Of a stretch of DNA of 64,000 bases, positions 54,008 through 64,000 are shown one piece after another. Positions within the stretch are counted from its first letter, which is position 1, and each line of letters opens with the position of its first letter. The position numbers and the translations under genes are program-made. Source of the stretch: an uncultured Clostridia bacterium (GTDB taxonomy: Bacteria > Bacillota > Clostridia > Christensenellales > CAG-138); the NCBI GenBank assembly GCA_946625575.1, contig CAMOTD010000002.1, forward strand, positions 2,507-66,506, given 5' to 3'. The notes below the pieces were generated by a model. That model ran no database searches. It saw only the letters and a list, made by a program, of their open reading frames with translations, and had not been told where the DNA came from.

Positions 54008-55603
54008 TTATTCGTCGGTTATCGGAACTCCGAAAAGCTCCGTAATAGAATCCTGCTTTATAACGCCGTGCTTTTTGAGCTCAAGCTCAACCGTATAGGG
54101 GGCGATCGAGGCGGCAGCCGCCTTGTTTATGACCTGCCGCATGCTCGGCTCCGCCATGTAATCGTACATATTGGAGCTCGAAGAATCGAAGCAGATATGC
54201 AGCGCCTTCCCCTCTATCCAATGTGCGGCGGAGGTTTCGACCGCAAAATACAGCGTTTGATCGAGATCGGAAAGCGCCGTGCGGAGCTTTCCGTAGATCT
54301 CATCCGCGTCGGGAGTGAGATCGGGGACCTTCACGAAGCTCTCCTCCTCTTTCCCTTCCGACGGTACGGCGACCGTCCGCTCTGCCGCGGCAGGCTTCTC
54401 CGCCTCCCCAGCCGGCGCTTCGGCGGCGGCTTTTTGGGCGGCAGCAGCGGCGTCCTTCACGACGGTTTTGAGCGAATCCTCTATAACGCCTATCCTGTCC
54501 GCCATGGCGGCGAGCCCAGTATCGTATTCCGGACGGCAAATAAGGAGCAGCTTGCTTTCAAGAAGCGTGCGCGGTGTGGAAACGAGCTTCAGATCGAGCT
54601 GGAGCTTCAAAAGCTCCTCCACGGCGCGCTCGGCTCTCTCCTTCGATATGAGCGCTGCCTGCGCCATGTAATCCTGCATCATCTCGTCCGTGCAGTCGAG
54701 GATATCCCTGCAGTCCCCGCAGAGCTTCACGAGCAGCAGCGCCCTGAAATGCGCCGCAAGATCCAGCGAGAACACGCCGAGATCCCGTCCGCTTTTGACA
54801 ACCTCGCCCACGAGGCGCATCACCTTCGCCGTATCGGAGGCGATAACGGCGGCGGCGACCTCCTTTAAGAATTCGGAATTGACGCTCCCGAGCACGCTCA
54901 TAACGTCGTCCGCAGAGACCCTTCCCCCGCAGAACGAGAGGCATTGATCGGCAATGCTCAAGCAGTCCCTCATGCCGCCTTCCGCAGCTCTCGCAATGGC
55001 GATGAGCCCGGCGTCGTCTATTTCGGCGCCGATCGAAGCGAGCGAGCGCTTCATCGACGAGACCATATCGGCTACGCTCAATCTGTGGAACTCGAACCTT
55101 TGACAGCGTGAAACGATCGTCGCGGGGAGCATTTGCGGCTCTGTCGTCGCGAGTATGAACACGACGTGCGCGGGCGGCTCCTCCAGCGTTTTAAGAAGCG
55201 CGTTGGACGCGTTCTTTGTCAGCATGTGCGCTTCGTCGATGATGTAGACCTTGGTCTTGAGCGAGAGCGGGGCGAACTCCGCCCTTTCGATAAGCGCGCG
55301 CATCTCCTCCACGCGGGAGTTCGAGGCGGCGTCCATCTCGATTATATCGACGTTGTTCTCGGCGCGGCATGCCTCGCATTTTCCGCATGGCTCGCCGTCT
55401 GCGGGATCGAGGCAGTTAATCGCCTTTGCGAGGATCCTTGCGGTGCTCGTCTTGCCCGTGCCGCGGCTCCCGCAGAAAAGATAGGCGTGCGCAACACGGC
55501 CCGACCTGATCTGGTTGAGCAATATCGTCGTGATATGCGGCTGCCCGATTATCTCCGAGAATTTCTCCGGGCGGAATTTACGGTAGAGAGCGCTGTATGC
55601 CAT
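54008..55603 (-). CDS. dnaX: DNA polymerase III subunit gamma/tau
   Basis: YRKFRPEKFSEIIGQ, GSRGTGKTS, zinc module C-x8-CGKCEAC, YIIDEAHML, SRCQRF. Confidence 0.93.
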   Translation of the reverse strand: MAYSALYRKFRPEKFSEIIGQPHITTILLNQIRSGRVAHAYLFCGSRGTGKTSTARILAKAINCLDPADGEPCGKCEACRAENNVDIIEMDAASNSRVEEMRALIERAEFAPLSLKTKVYIIDEAHMLTKNASNALLKTLEEPPAHVVFILATTEPQMLPATIVSRCQRFEFHRLSVADMVSSMKRSLASIGAEIDDAGLIAIARAAEGGMRDCLSIADQCLSFCGGRVSADDVMSVLGSVNSEFLKEVAAAVIASDTAKVMRLVGEVVKSGRDLGVFSLDLAAHFRALLLVKLCGDCRDILDCTDEMMQDYMAQAALISKERAERAVEELLKLQLDLKLVSTPRTLLESKLLLICRPEYDTGLAAMADRIGVIEDSLKTVVKDAAAAAQKAAAEAPAGEAEKPAAAERTVAVPSEGKEEESFVKVPDLTPDADEIYGKLRTALSDLDQTLYFAVETSAAHWIEGKALHICFDSSSSNMYDYMAEPSMRQVINKAAAASIAPYTVELELKKHGVIKQDSITELFGVPITDE

Positions 55604-55622
55604 GCTGTATCCGCTGCCTTCT

Positions 55623-56021
55623 TCAGTCGATCGGGTACTTTATGACCTCGGCGGCGCCGTCGGTCCAAAGCCTTTCGATATTGTAATACTCCCTTTCCTC
55701 GGGATAGAAAATATGCAGGAGTACGTAGCCGAAGTCGAGAACGATCCAGCGTCCCTCCGTATATCCTTCCTTGCGGCGGAGGTAAAGACCGATCTCTTCG
55801 TATTTATCGAGCACCTCGTCGCAGATAGCCTTTACCTGCAGAACGGATGCGCCGCTCGCGATAACGAACCAATCCGCAACGATGGTCTTATCCGCAACGT
55901 CGATCGCGATGATGTCGGACGCCTTCTTGTTGTCGAGTACTTCAAGAAGCTTCAATACCCTTTCCTTCTCCTCCTCGCGGATGCGAAGCTCTATCTCGTT
56001 GGGGAAGAATTCATTGTCCAT
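55623..56021 (-). CDS. rsfS: ribosome silencing factor
   Basis: 132 aa; DIIAIDVADKTIVADWFVIASG...EGRWIVLDFGYVLLHIF pattern. Confidence 0.9.
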   Translation of the reverse strand: MDNEFFPNEIELRIREEEKERVLKLLEVLDNKKASDIIAIDVADKTIVADWFVIASGASVLQVKAICDEVLDKYEEIGLYLRRKEGYTEGRWIVLDFGYVLLHIFYPEEREYYNIERLWTDGAAEVIKYPID

Positions 56022-57186
56022 TGTTTTTCTCCATTTCTTTTTTTAGATAATCCATAACGCTTTGGGTGGCGGGGTTTACCGCCCTGCCGCTCGCCTGAGT
56101 GTACTCGGCGGAATGCCGCATCACCATCAGCATACAAAGATCGATATCGTCGTAAGCGGCTTTCCGCATTTCGTCCACTCCTTCGAAATCCCTTGTCGGC
56201 TCGATCTTATCGGCTACGTAGATTATTTTATCCAACATGCTCATGCCGACTCTTCCGAGCGTGTGATTCTGTATCGCCTGGAGCACCTCGGGATCCTTGA
56301 CGCCATACTCGTCCATAGCGATGACCGCGCCGAGGCGGGCATGGATCAAATACGGGTTTTTACGCTCCTCGTCGCTGATATCGTAACAATGCTGTTCGCA
56401 GTACTCCAAAAGCTCCTTGTTCGGAAGCTTGATACAGTCGTGCAGTATCGCGGCAAGCCTTGCCTTTTTGGTGTCCACCCCGTATAGGTGGGCAAGCTTT
56501 ACCGCCTCGCACGCAGTCAGCATGGTATGATTGAGGCGTTTTTTCCTGATAACGGAAGCAAGCCGCGAGCGTATGGAAACTATCTCGTCAGGCATATAGA
56601 GCGCGCTTCGGTACATGAAATGCTCCGTCTCGAGCAGAACGAGGTCGTCCACCGGCTCAGCCTCGAACATGCGGCGTCTGACCTCCGTCGAGGAGATATC
56701 CGGCCCGTTGAATTCGGAAACGATGACCGTGCCGCCGAACCTTTCCTCAATGCTCCTTGCCAGGGCGTTCATGTCCCTGAGCTTATCCGGACGCGATACC
56801 GCGACGAGCTTCGCCATAGAGAGTATGCGCTTCGGCTCGCGCCATTCGGGAAAATTCTCGAGCATGTCCCCGCCTACGATGAAGAACAGCTCCGCACCGC
56901 GGTACTGTCCCTTGAAATGGGCAAGGGTATCGACTGTAAAGCTCTTCCCGCCGCGCTTCAGTTCAACGTCGGAGGAATATATGCCGTCCTCTTCGTTAAG
57001 GGCGTTATCGAGCATCCTCAAACGGACGTTGGCGGAAAGCCTGTTTTCGTCATGCTTGTGAGGCGGATCAGCGGCAACGACCATAAAAAGCTTGTCAAGC
57101 TCAAGCTCTTTTAGGACCGATCGAGCCGTCCATATGTGACCCAGATGTACAGGGTCATATGTTCCACCATATATACCAAGCCTCAT
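56011..57186 (-). CDS. nadD: fusion protein: nicotinate-nucleotide adenylyltransferase (NadD) + YqeK-type HD-domain phosphohydrolase
   Basis: N-terminal GIYGGTYDPVHLGH (HxGH) ...ISSTEVR. The C-terminal half carries RLNHT...AAILHDCIK (HD) ...YVADKIEPTR, as in YqeK. Confidence 0.85.
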   Translation of the reverse strand: MRLGIYGGTYDPVHLGHIWTARSVLKELELDKLFMVVAADPPHKHDENRLSANVRLRMLDNALNEEDGIYSSDVELKRGGKSFTVDTLAHFKGQYRGAELFFIVGGDMLENFPEWREPKRILSMAKLVAVSRPDKLRDMNALARSIEERFGGTVIVSEFNGPDISSTEVRRRMFEAEPVDDLVLLETEHFMYRSALYMPDEIVSIRSRLASVIRKKRLNHTMLTACEAVKLAHLYGVDTKKARLAAILHDCIKLPNKELLEYCEQHCYDISDEERKNPYLIHARLGAVIAMDEYGVKDPEVLQAIQNHTLGRVGMSMLDKIIYVADKIEPTRDFEGVDEMRKAAYDDIDLCMLMVMRHSAEYTQASGRAVNPATQSVMDYLKKEMEKNNGQ

Positions 57187-57256
57187 AATATCATATTATA
57201 CTACATAAAACACGTTTTGTGAATAGCCTTTGGCAAATTGGGAAACAAAATAAAAC

Positions 57257-58078
57257 ATGGATAGTACGGCGTCGAAAAAAAGACTTCTGTCCCATATCGC
57301 GTTCGTCAGCTTTCACCACGGCAAGCGAAGGTTCGCCGTGGTCTTCGATTCGATATTCATTTGGACAGTGATACTGCTTGCCGTGAGGATAACTCTGATC
57401 CCCTACGTCAGGATCAGCGCGGCAGCTTGGATCGCATCCGCGTTCTTCACCCTCACTTTTTTCTTTATTTGCCGCGTCGTCCAGCGCGAGCGCTTCGTCC
57501 GGCACAAGCTGAAAATGCGTTCCGACGCCCGGGAAGCGGCGGCTCTCTTCAAGGCGCGTTTCGATCCGGACAGGCTTTACGCACTCATAAAACCGCAAAA
57601 GGGAGTCGTCGCGGCGGCGAAGACCGACCTGCTTTCAGCGGATGATATCATCGAAGCGGTAAGGGAAAACGGGCTTCCGTTAAAGCTCGTCACGCTCGCA
57701 GAGCCGACGGAAAAGGCGGCGGCGCTGATCGAAAGATCGGATAACGGGATAAGCATCGTTTCCCCGCAGGAGCATTTGGGGATAGCTCTTGAAAAGCTCT
57801 ATCCCGTATCGGAGGAAGAGATCGACGACGAGATCATACGCTCGCATCGCGAAATGAACGAAAAAAGAAGCTTGGGGGAAATATTCCTCACCGTAAGCAG
57901 AAAGAGGGCGGTCAAATATCTGCTCGTCGGCGGCGGGTTGTTCCTCTTCTCTTTCTTCATGCATCACCGGCTCTATTACAGACTTATCGCCTGCGTTTCG
58001 GCGTCCGCGGGCGGGTTTATGCTGTTTCTGGAAGAGCTGCCGAATAAGACCGGGTATGAAAAGAAAAAGCCGGCATGA
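57257..58078 (+). CDS. hypothetical membrane protein (2 N-terminal + 2 C-terminal TM helices around a soluble core)
   Basis: 273-aa ORF on the opposite strand to its neighbours, followed by hairpin AAAGCCGGC-ATGA-AGCCGGCT. No family recognised. Confidence 0.55.
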   Translation: MDSTASKKRLLSHIAFVSFHHGKRRFAVVFDSIFIWTVILLAVRITLIPYVRISAAAWIASAFFTLTFFFICRVVQRERFVRHKLKMRSDAREAAALFKARFDPDRLYALIKPQKGVVAAAKTDLLSADDIIEAVRENGLPLKLVTLAEPTEKAAALIERSDNGISIVSPQEHLGIALEKLYPVSEEEIDDEIIRSHREMNEKRSLGEIFLTVSRKRAVKYLLVGGGLFLFSFFMHHRLYYRLIACVSASAGGFMLFLEELPNKTGYEKKKPA

Positions 58079-58100
58079 AGCCGGCTGAAACAGCGTTTGT

Positions 58101-59387
<1,287 letters not shown>

Positions 59388-59393
59388 TCAATA

Positions 59394-60053
59394 TCAAGAT
59401 CCGCGTTTTTCGTATTCTCTGCAAAGCTCCCTTATCATGCACTCGCCGCATTTCGGGTTCCTTGCCGAGCAGACCCTTCTGCCGTGGAATATCAGCCAGT
59501 GATGCGCGATGGACCACTTATCCTCCGGGATATTCTCCATGAGCTGTTTTTCCGTCGCCTCAACGGTGCCGGCGTCCGCGAGACCGATCCTGTTCGAAAC
59601 CCTGAAAACGTGTGTGTCGACGGCTATCGCAGGCACGCCGAACGCGTTCGAGAGCACTACGTTCGCGGTCTTTCTGCCGACCCCGGCGAGGGACTCCAGC
59701 CCCTCCCTGTCGGAAGGGACCTCGCCGCCGAAGCGTTCGACGATATCGCGGCAGGCGGAAACGATGTTCTTCGCCTTATTATGGTAGAAACCGCAGGAAT
59801 GTATGTAGCCCTCGATCTCCTCCGGCTCCGCCTTTGCCATCTCCTTCGGGCCGGGATATGCTGCAAACAGCGCCGGAGTGGTCTTGTTGACCTGCTTGTC
59901 CGTGCACTGTGCGGAGAGTATTGTCGCGATCAGAAGCTCGTATGGATTGCTGAAAACGAGCTCCGGAGCGGCGTCGGGATGCTGCGCGGCGAGCCCGTCA
60001 AGCACGGAATCACGCCAAGCTGTGTATTTTTTCGTTAGCTTTTTCATACGCAT
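59394..60053 (-). CDS. nth: endonuclease III
   Basis: HhH-GPD (LAGVGRKTANVVL), catalytic region, and 4Fe-4S motif C-x6-C-x2-C-x5-C (CSARNPKCGECMIRELC). Confidence 0.9.
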   Translation of the reverse strand: MRMKKLTKKYTAWRDSVLDGLAAQHPDAAPELVFSNPYELLIATILSAQCTDKQVNKTTPALFAAYPGPKEMAKAEPEEIEGYIHSCGFYHNKAKNIVSACRDIVERFGGEVPSDREGLESLAGVGRKTANVVLSNAFGVPAIAVDTHVFRVSNRIGLADAGTVEATEKQLMENIPEDKWSIAHHWLIFHGRRVCSARNPKCGECMIRELCREYEKRGS

Positions 60054-60090
60054 AATCTATCATATCATTCGGGTTTTGTCCACAGGATTT

Positions 60091-60468
60091 TTAACGATTT
60101 CCGCCTAAAAGCCCCAAAAGCTTCATCGGATCGACAGCGCCGTTCTGCATGGAACCCTTCAACTGCATGATCATTTTGAGCATTTCGAGCTGACCGTTCC
60201 CCGGGTTCTGCGCCTTAGGCGGCTGCGGCTGTTCAAGCTTTCTCACCGGAGGGCTGTACGGCGAGGGATCAAACGATATCCCGAATCCGTCGCCTATGTT
60301 TTTCAGCTCATAAGGCGCGGCGAAAGGTCTCATCGCCTCGAGAAAGGCCTTCACCTGCTCCGGTCCCTGCTCCTCGCGGATGCGTCTTGCGAGCTTTAAA
60401 AGCGGAGACGCCTCTCCCCCGCCCGAGGCGCGCCGCGGCGGGATGTTCCTTCCGGATACGTTCTGCAT
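60091..60468 (-). CDS. hypothetical protein (125 aa, Pro/Gly-rich centre)
   Basis: ORF only. Codon bias is host-like. No motif recognised. Confidence 0.45.
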   Translation of the reverse strand: MQNVSGRNIPPRRASGGGEASPLLKLARRIREEQGPEQVKAFLEAMRPFAAPYELKNIGDGFGISFDPSPYSPPVRKLEQPQPPKAQNPGNGQLEMLKMIMQLKGSMQNGAVDPMKLLGLLGGNR

Positions 60469-60609
60469 ATCTTTGATGAGCCTTCCTTTCCCGGCAAGCT
60501 GCGCCGATATGAACGGGGAGGCGTTTGCCTCTTCCTTACACTATACTATTCGTTTCGCGGTCATAATGTGAGCGTTCAGCATAGAATGATAGCAAGGAGG
60601 ATCGTATCA

Positions 60610-60879
60610 ATGAAAAAGAGTCTCAGAGAATCCGTTTCCGCAAAAAAACAGCCGGACGTTCTTACCGAGGACGCCCGCGCCGAAGCCGAAAACATCATTT
60701 CGCAATACTCCGGTTTATCCGAACCGGAGCTTATGGCGGAGCTTAAAAAGGCGACCGCCAAACAAAAAGCCGAGGGGCGTTTCGACCCTTCGGCGGTAAA
60801 ACAGGGCGTTGAGAGCATAATGCCGATGCTGAACGATCAGCAAAAGCGAAAGCTTTTCGATATACTCGGTCAGATCTGA
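60610..60879 (+). CDS. hypothetical small protein (89 aa, helical, Lys/Glu-rich)
   Basis: ATG 60610 preceded by AAGGAGG; MKKSLRESVSAKKQPDVLTEDARAEAENIISQYSG.... No family recognised. Confidence 0.5.
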   Translation: MKKSLRESVSAKKQPDVLTEDARAEAENIISQYSGLSEPELMAELKKATAKQKAEGRFDPSAVKQGVESIMPMLNDQQKRKLFDILGQI

Positions 60880-62003
60880 TCGGAGCCCTTGATGAACCCT
60901 TCCTCCGCGAAATAGCGGTAGAGCGTGCAGGTCATGCCCCCGTTCGAGAGCTTGCGCCGCCTGTCGGCTTTTTTGCCGTAGATGCGCTCGAAATCGCGGT
61001 GCGAGGTTATTATGTTCTTATCCCAATGCGTCAAAGGATCGAAGGTCTTCCTCATGGCGAGGTAGAGCTTTTCCGCCTCGCGCTTTTCCATGAGCCGCTC
61101 GCCGTAGGGGGGATTCGCAACGATTATCCCGCCCTCATAGGGCGAGCTGAATTCCTCAACCGGACGAACGAGCCAGTTTACCTTTACGCCCGCTTTTTTG
61201 GCGTGGCGGCGGCAGATATCTATCGCGTGGGGATCAATGTCGCTCCCCGTTATCTCGGGCTCGATATCGACGACAAGGTCCCTCGCTTCCTCCCTCGCCG
61301 TATCGAAGGGACGCCCCTCGACGAAAGCCCAGCTTTCCGCGGCGAAGGGACGGTTCATCCCCGGCGCCATATTCCTTGCGATCATGGCGGCCTCTATCGG
61401 CATAGTGCCTGAGCCGCACATGGGATCGCAAAGCGGGATATCGCGGTTATATCGGGCAAGCCTGACGATCGCCGCGCCGAGCGTCTCCGCAATTGGTGCG
61501 GCGACGTTCCAGGTGCGGTAGCCCCTTCTCGAAAGACCGGCGCCGCAGCAGTCGAGCGCAAGCGTGACCTCGTCGCGAAGAAGCCCTACTTCAACGATCA
61601 CTTCCTCCCCGTCCTCGGGCAGGCTTTTTACGCGGTACGCCTCAAAAAGCGAGTCCACTATCGCCTTTTTGGTGATGCTCTGACAGTCCGAAACGGCGAA
61701 GAGCTTGCTCTTTGCCGATTTTCCGTTGACGTGTATGAAGCTGTTTCGGCGGATGTAATCGCACCATTTCACGGAGCGAACGCCGGAATACAGCTCCTCG
61801 AAGGATTCGGCGCGGAACTCGCCGACGATCATGAGCACGCGTTCCGCCGTGCGCAGCCACAGGCACGCCCTCGCCATATCGGCGTAGCTGCCGGTGAAGA
61901 TTATACGCGCGTCCGAAACGGATTCTATGTTTATATGAAGCGCGCGGAGCTCATCCGCGGCAACGGACTCGAGCCCCATTTTGCAGGTAGCCAGGAACCT
62001 CAT
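60870..62003 (-). CDS. THUMP domain-containing class I SAM-dependent RNA methyltransferase (RlmL/YpsC-like)
   Basis: N-terminal THUMP-like region, DPMCGSGT SAM motif I, and VANPPYGERL motif IV. Confidence 0.85.
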   Translation of the reverse strand: MRFLATCKMGLESVAADELRALHINIESVSDARIIFTGSYADMARACLWLRTAERVLMIVGEFRAESFEELYSGVRSVKWCDYIRRNSFIHVNGKSAKSKLFAVSDCQSITKKAIVDSLFEAYRVKSLPEDGEEVIVEVGLLRDEVTLALDCCGAGLSRRGYRTWNVAAPIAETLGAAIVRLARYNRDIPLCDPMCGSGTMPIEAAMIARNMAPGMNRPFAAESWAFVEGRPFDTAREEARDLVVDIEPEITGSDIDPHAIDICRRHAKKAGVKVNWLVRPVEEFSSPYEGGIIVANPPYGERLMEKREAEKLYLAMRKTFDPLTHWDKNIITSHRDFERIYGKKADRRRKLSNGGMTCTLYRYFAEEGFIKGSDQI

Positions 62004-63769
62004 TCTTCATCGCCTCCCCCGTCGGGATCGTCGGTCAAGCCGCTTATAACGGTTTTAACAATCCTGTCGATAGCGTTCATAAGACGGCGCTTCGATACCC
62101 CGTAGCGCTCCTCGATGTCGGTGCAGACCTCCGCGCCGCACTGATCGCAGGCAAGTATTTCGAGCGCGGCGGACAGCGCGACGGACTGGTCCTCGCTTAT
62201 CCTGGAGAAGCTGCCTTTCAGATTGGCAAGGAATCGCTCGATAATATTTGCGCCGGTGGATATCACCTCGCCGGAATAGTACGGCGTCGCCTTTTTGCTG
62301 AACCGCGGGAATATGCCGGCGTAAGTATGCGGTATCTTCACGTTTGAAAGGTCGATGATATTGACCCTTCCCTCAAGAAGCGAGCCGTCCATTATAGCGA
62401 AGAAGGGCTCCGCCGCGCCCATGCGTTTGAGCGTGCCCATCGCCTCGTTCACGATAGCGCGGTTCGTTTCGATATCGGACATTATCTCGCGTATGAGCCT
62501 TACGGAATGATCGTCATTAACCATCCTGAGCAGGCTCAGCATGGCGTAGGAAACGTTGAACTCATTCAGCGTGAACGCCCATCTGACCGTTTCGCGGAAC
62601 GATGCGTCGTTCTTCCAGTTCTCGATAAGCTCCTCCGCGGACGTGTCCCTGCTCGCAAGGAGCGATTTCGCCCTGACGATTATGCTCTCGACGGGGAGCT
62701 GGTAATGGATTATCGCCTTTTCGGCGATACGCGCCGCAGATGGATCGGTTTCCGCTTTTATGCACGCCGTGCGGTAGTATTTGGCAATATAATCGTTCTT
62801 GTCTATACGCAGGAGCTTGCCGTAAACCTTCGCGGCGTTCGGAAAATCCTTCGACCTCATATAGGAGACCGCGAGCCTGTGATTTGCGAGTGAGTCGTAC
62901 GGCATGAGCTTCACAAGCCGCTTTGCGATCCTTGCCGCCGCCTCGAAGCTGCCAGCCTCGATCAGCGCGCCGTTCACGCGAAGTAGCACGTCCGGCTGCT
63001 CCGAATCGCATTTCTCGAGCTTTTTGGCGACCTGTGTCATCTCGATCTCGTTGTTCATGCCCTTGGCGTACATGAGCTTGAGGCTCAGCGCCGTCCAGTT
63101 GTTCCCGTCCGACTCGATAAGCTTTTCGAGATACCCGGCGCCTTCCTCCTCCCTGTGACAGCAGAGGCACGAAAGCGCGAGCTGATAGATAATATTGGTG
63201 TCGCCCGGTTTGTCATTGTAAAGCTGAGCGAATAGATTTGAAGCTTCCTCGTAATCGCCGCGATTGAACGCCTCGTGCGCCCTGCGGATATCGGAATTGC
63301 GCTTTATGACGGCGGCGTCCAAAAGCGCGGGCTCGTCCGTATCGAGGGATTCGATATAGTCGATCGCGTCGAGCATCGCATCGGTGCGCTCCGAGACCTC
63401 GTCCGTGAGCTCGAAGAAGCGGTCGAAGCACGCCTTCGCGCCTTCCAGCTCCGAGAGCCCCATGAGGTTGAAGCCCACCATGCAGTAGGCGTCCTTCTTG
63501 AACTCCTCGTCAAGATGCATATAGGGGATGAGCATACGGTTCGAATCGTTGAACCGCGCCATATCGGTCAGCACCTCTGCCGCCGAAAGCCTCGTATCGA
63601 AATCGAAGGGATCCTTTTCAAGCGCCTCGTTATACATCGAGATCGCGCTTATAAGGTCGTTTTGGGCGCGCTTCATATCCCCGCGCTTTACGTAGAAAGC
63701 CGGGTCCTGCGAAAAATGCAGTATCCTGCCGTTCGCATCGTCCTTGTTTTTGTTGACCTTATCGCTCAT
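62000..63769 (-). CDS. TPR repeat-containing protein, function unknown
   Basis: 589 aa. N-terminal half contains several TPR-like 34-aa helical repeats (...AISMYNEALEKDPFDF..., ...ASNLFAQLYNDKPGD...). C-terminal half unassigned. Overlaps both neighbours (ATGA-type junctions). Confidence 0.7.
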   Translation of the reverse strand: MSDKVNKNKDDANGRILHFSQDPAFYVKRGDMKRAQNDLISAISMYNEALEKDPFDFDTRLSAAEVLTDMARFNDSNRMLIPYMHLDEEFKKDAYCMVGFNLMGLSELEGAKACFDRFFELTDEVSERTDAMLDAIDYIESLDTDEPALLDAAVIKRNSDIRRAHEAFNRGDYEEASNLFAQLYNDKPGDTNIIYQLALSCLCCHREEEGAGYLEKLIESDGNNWTALSLKLMYAKGMNNEIEMTQVAKKLEKCDSEQPDVLLRVNGALIEAGSFEAAARIAKRLVKLMPYDSLANHRLAVSYMRSKDFPNAAKVYGKLLRIDKNDYIAKYYRTACIKAETDPSAARIAEKAIIHYQLPVESIIVRAKSLLASRDTSAEELIENWKNDASFRETVRWAFTLNEFNVSYAMLSLLRMVNDDHSVRLIREIMSDIETNRAIVNEAMGTLKRMGAAEPFFAIMDGSLLEGRVNIIDLSNVKIPHTYAGIFPRFSKKATPYYSGEVISTGANIIERFLANLKGSFSRISEDQSVALSAALEILACDQCGAEVCTDIEERYGVSKRRLMNAIDRIVKTVISGLTDDPDGGGDEE

Positions 63770-64000
63770 CCTTTGAACCGGAGCCCTTTGCTTCCTTCAG
63801 AAGCGCGTTGAGCTCCTCTCCCGTAAAATCGTATTTTGAACCGCAGAACCTGCAAACGAGCTCCGCTTTTCCGTCCTTTTCGATCATGTCCTCGAGCTCC
63901 TCCCTGCCGAGCGATATCAGCGCGGATTCGATCTTTTCCCTTGAACAGTCGCATTTGAAGACGGGCTCTGCGGTCTCGGTGATCTCAAGATCGAGCTCTC
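63759..64000 (-). CDS. hslO: Hsp33 redox-regulated chaperone, C-terminal part (5' end outside window)
   Basis: Own translation: ...ETAEPVFKCDCSREKIESALISLGREELEDMIEKDGKAELVCRFCGSKYDFTGEELNALLKEAKGSGSKDER*. The CxC...CxxC zinc switch is the Hsp33 hallmark. This is a different frame from the 63766..63954 ORF in the track. Confidence 0.8.
   Translation of the reverse strand, partial: ELDLEITETAEPVFKCDCSREKIESALISLGREELEDMIEKDGKAELVCRFCGSKYDFTGEELNALLKEAKGSGSKDER

Noticed and set aside
54008-55603. Programmed -1 frameshift site in dnaX (A AAA AAG type)
   Set aside because: The only A-rich heptamer-like run (CTC AAA AAG, about 54070) lies in the last ~25 codons, so it could not generate a gamma-type truncated product. 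No downstream stem-loop.
63766-63954. 62-aa ORF-track entry MRLFKGKDRIRADI...
   Set aside because: Wrong frame. The adjacent frame, open to the window edge, encodes the Hsp33 C-terminal zinc-switch domain (CDC...CRFC), which is a far better explanation.

Overview
64-kb chromosomal segment from a high-G+C, apparently spore-forming Firmicute. The Clostridia-like assignment is inferred from gene content and synteny, not tested. About 60 protein genes, nearly all housekeeping:
- an ECF sigma/anti-sigma pair, carD and a PIN/TRAM (yacL-like) gene, and trkAH;
- a complete rnfCDGEAB operon followed by NusG-domain-II and Gx-transporter genes;
- glmM with a stand-alone GlmU-like hexapeptide transferase;
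- cell-wall genes: an S11 carboxypeptidase homologue, a cwlD-like amidase, murF and ddl;
- potABCD with an XRE/cupin regulator, asnS, and a phosphohexomutase;
- a THF-dependent histidine-utilisation operon (hutH-hutU-formimidoyltransferase-hutI-cyclodeaminase) near folD;
- hisS, dnaX, rsfS, a nadD-yqeK fusion, obg, nth, a THUMP methyltransferase, a TPR protein and the 3' end of hslO.

Two tRNA-Ser genes (GCT, TGA) lie at 5.66-5.85 kb.

The only clearly accessory DNA is a ~2.5-kb low-G+C islet (about 3.1-5.66 kb). It carries one gene, a solitary AIPR-family (abortive-infection) protein with its own promoter and terminator. The islet is bounded by direct repeats of the 3' end of tRNA-Ser(GCT) and has no integrase. 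A 115-nt GC-rich multi-hairpin element built from an inverted duplication of that tRNA end sits just upstream of it. This islet is the best candidate for something new.

Other points worth a second look:
- a DD-carboxypeptidase homologue with all three catalytic motifs degenerate;
- a P-loop gene interrupted by one in-frame TGA;
- a Cys-rich tail on RnfE;
- a duplicated C-terminal domain in PotA;
- several uncharacterised proteins.

All domain calls come from motif recognition by eye. No BLAST, HMM or folding software was run.
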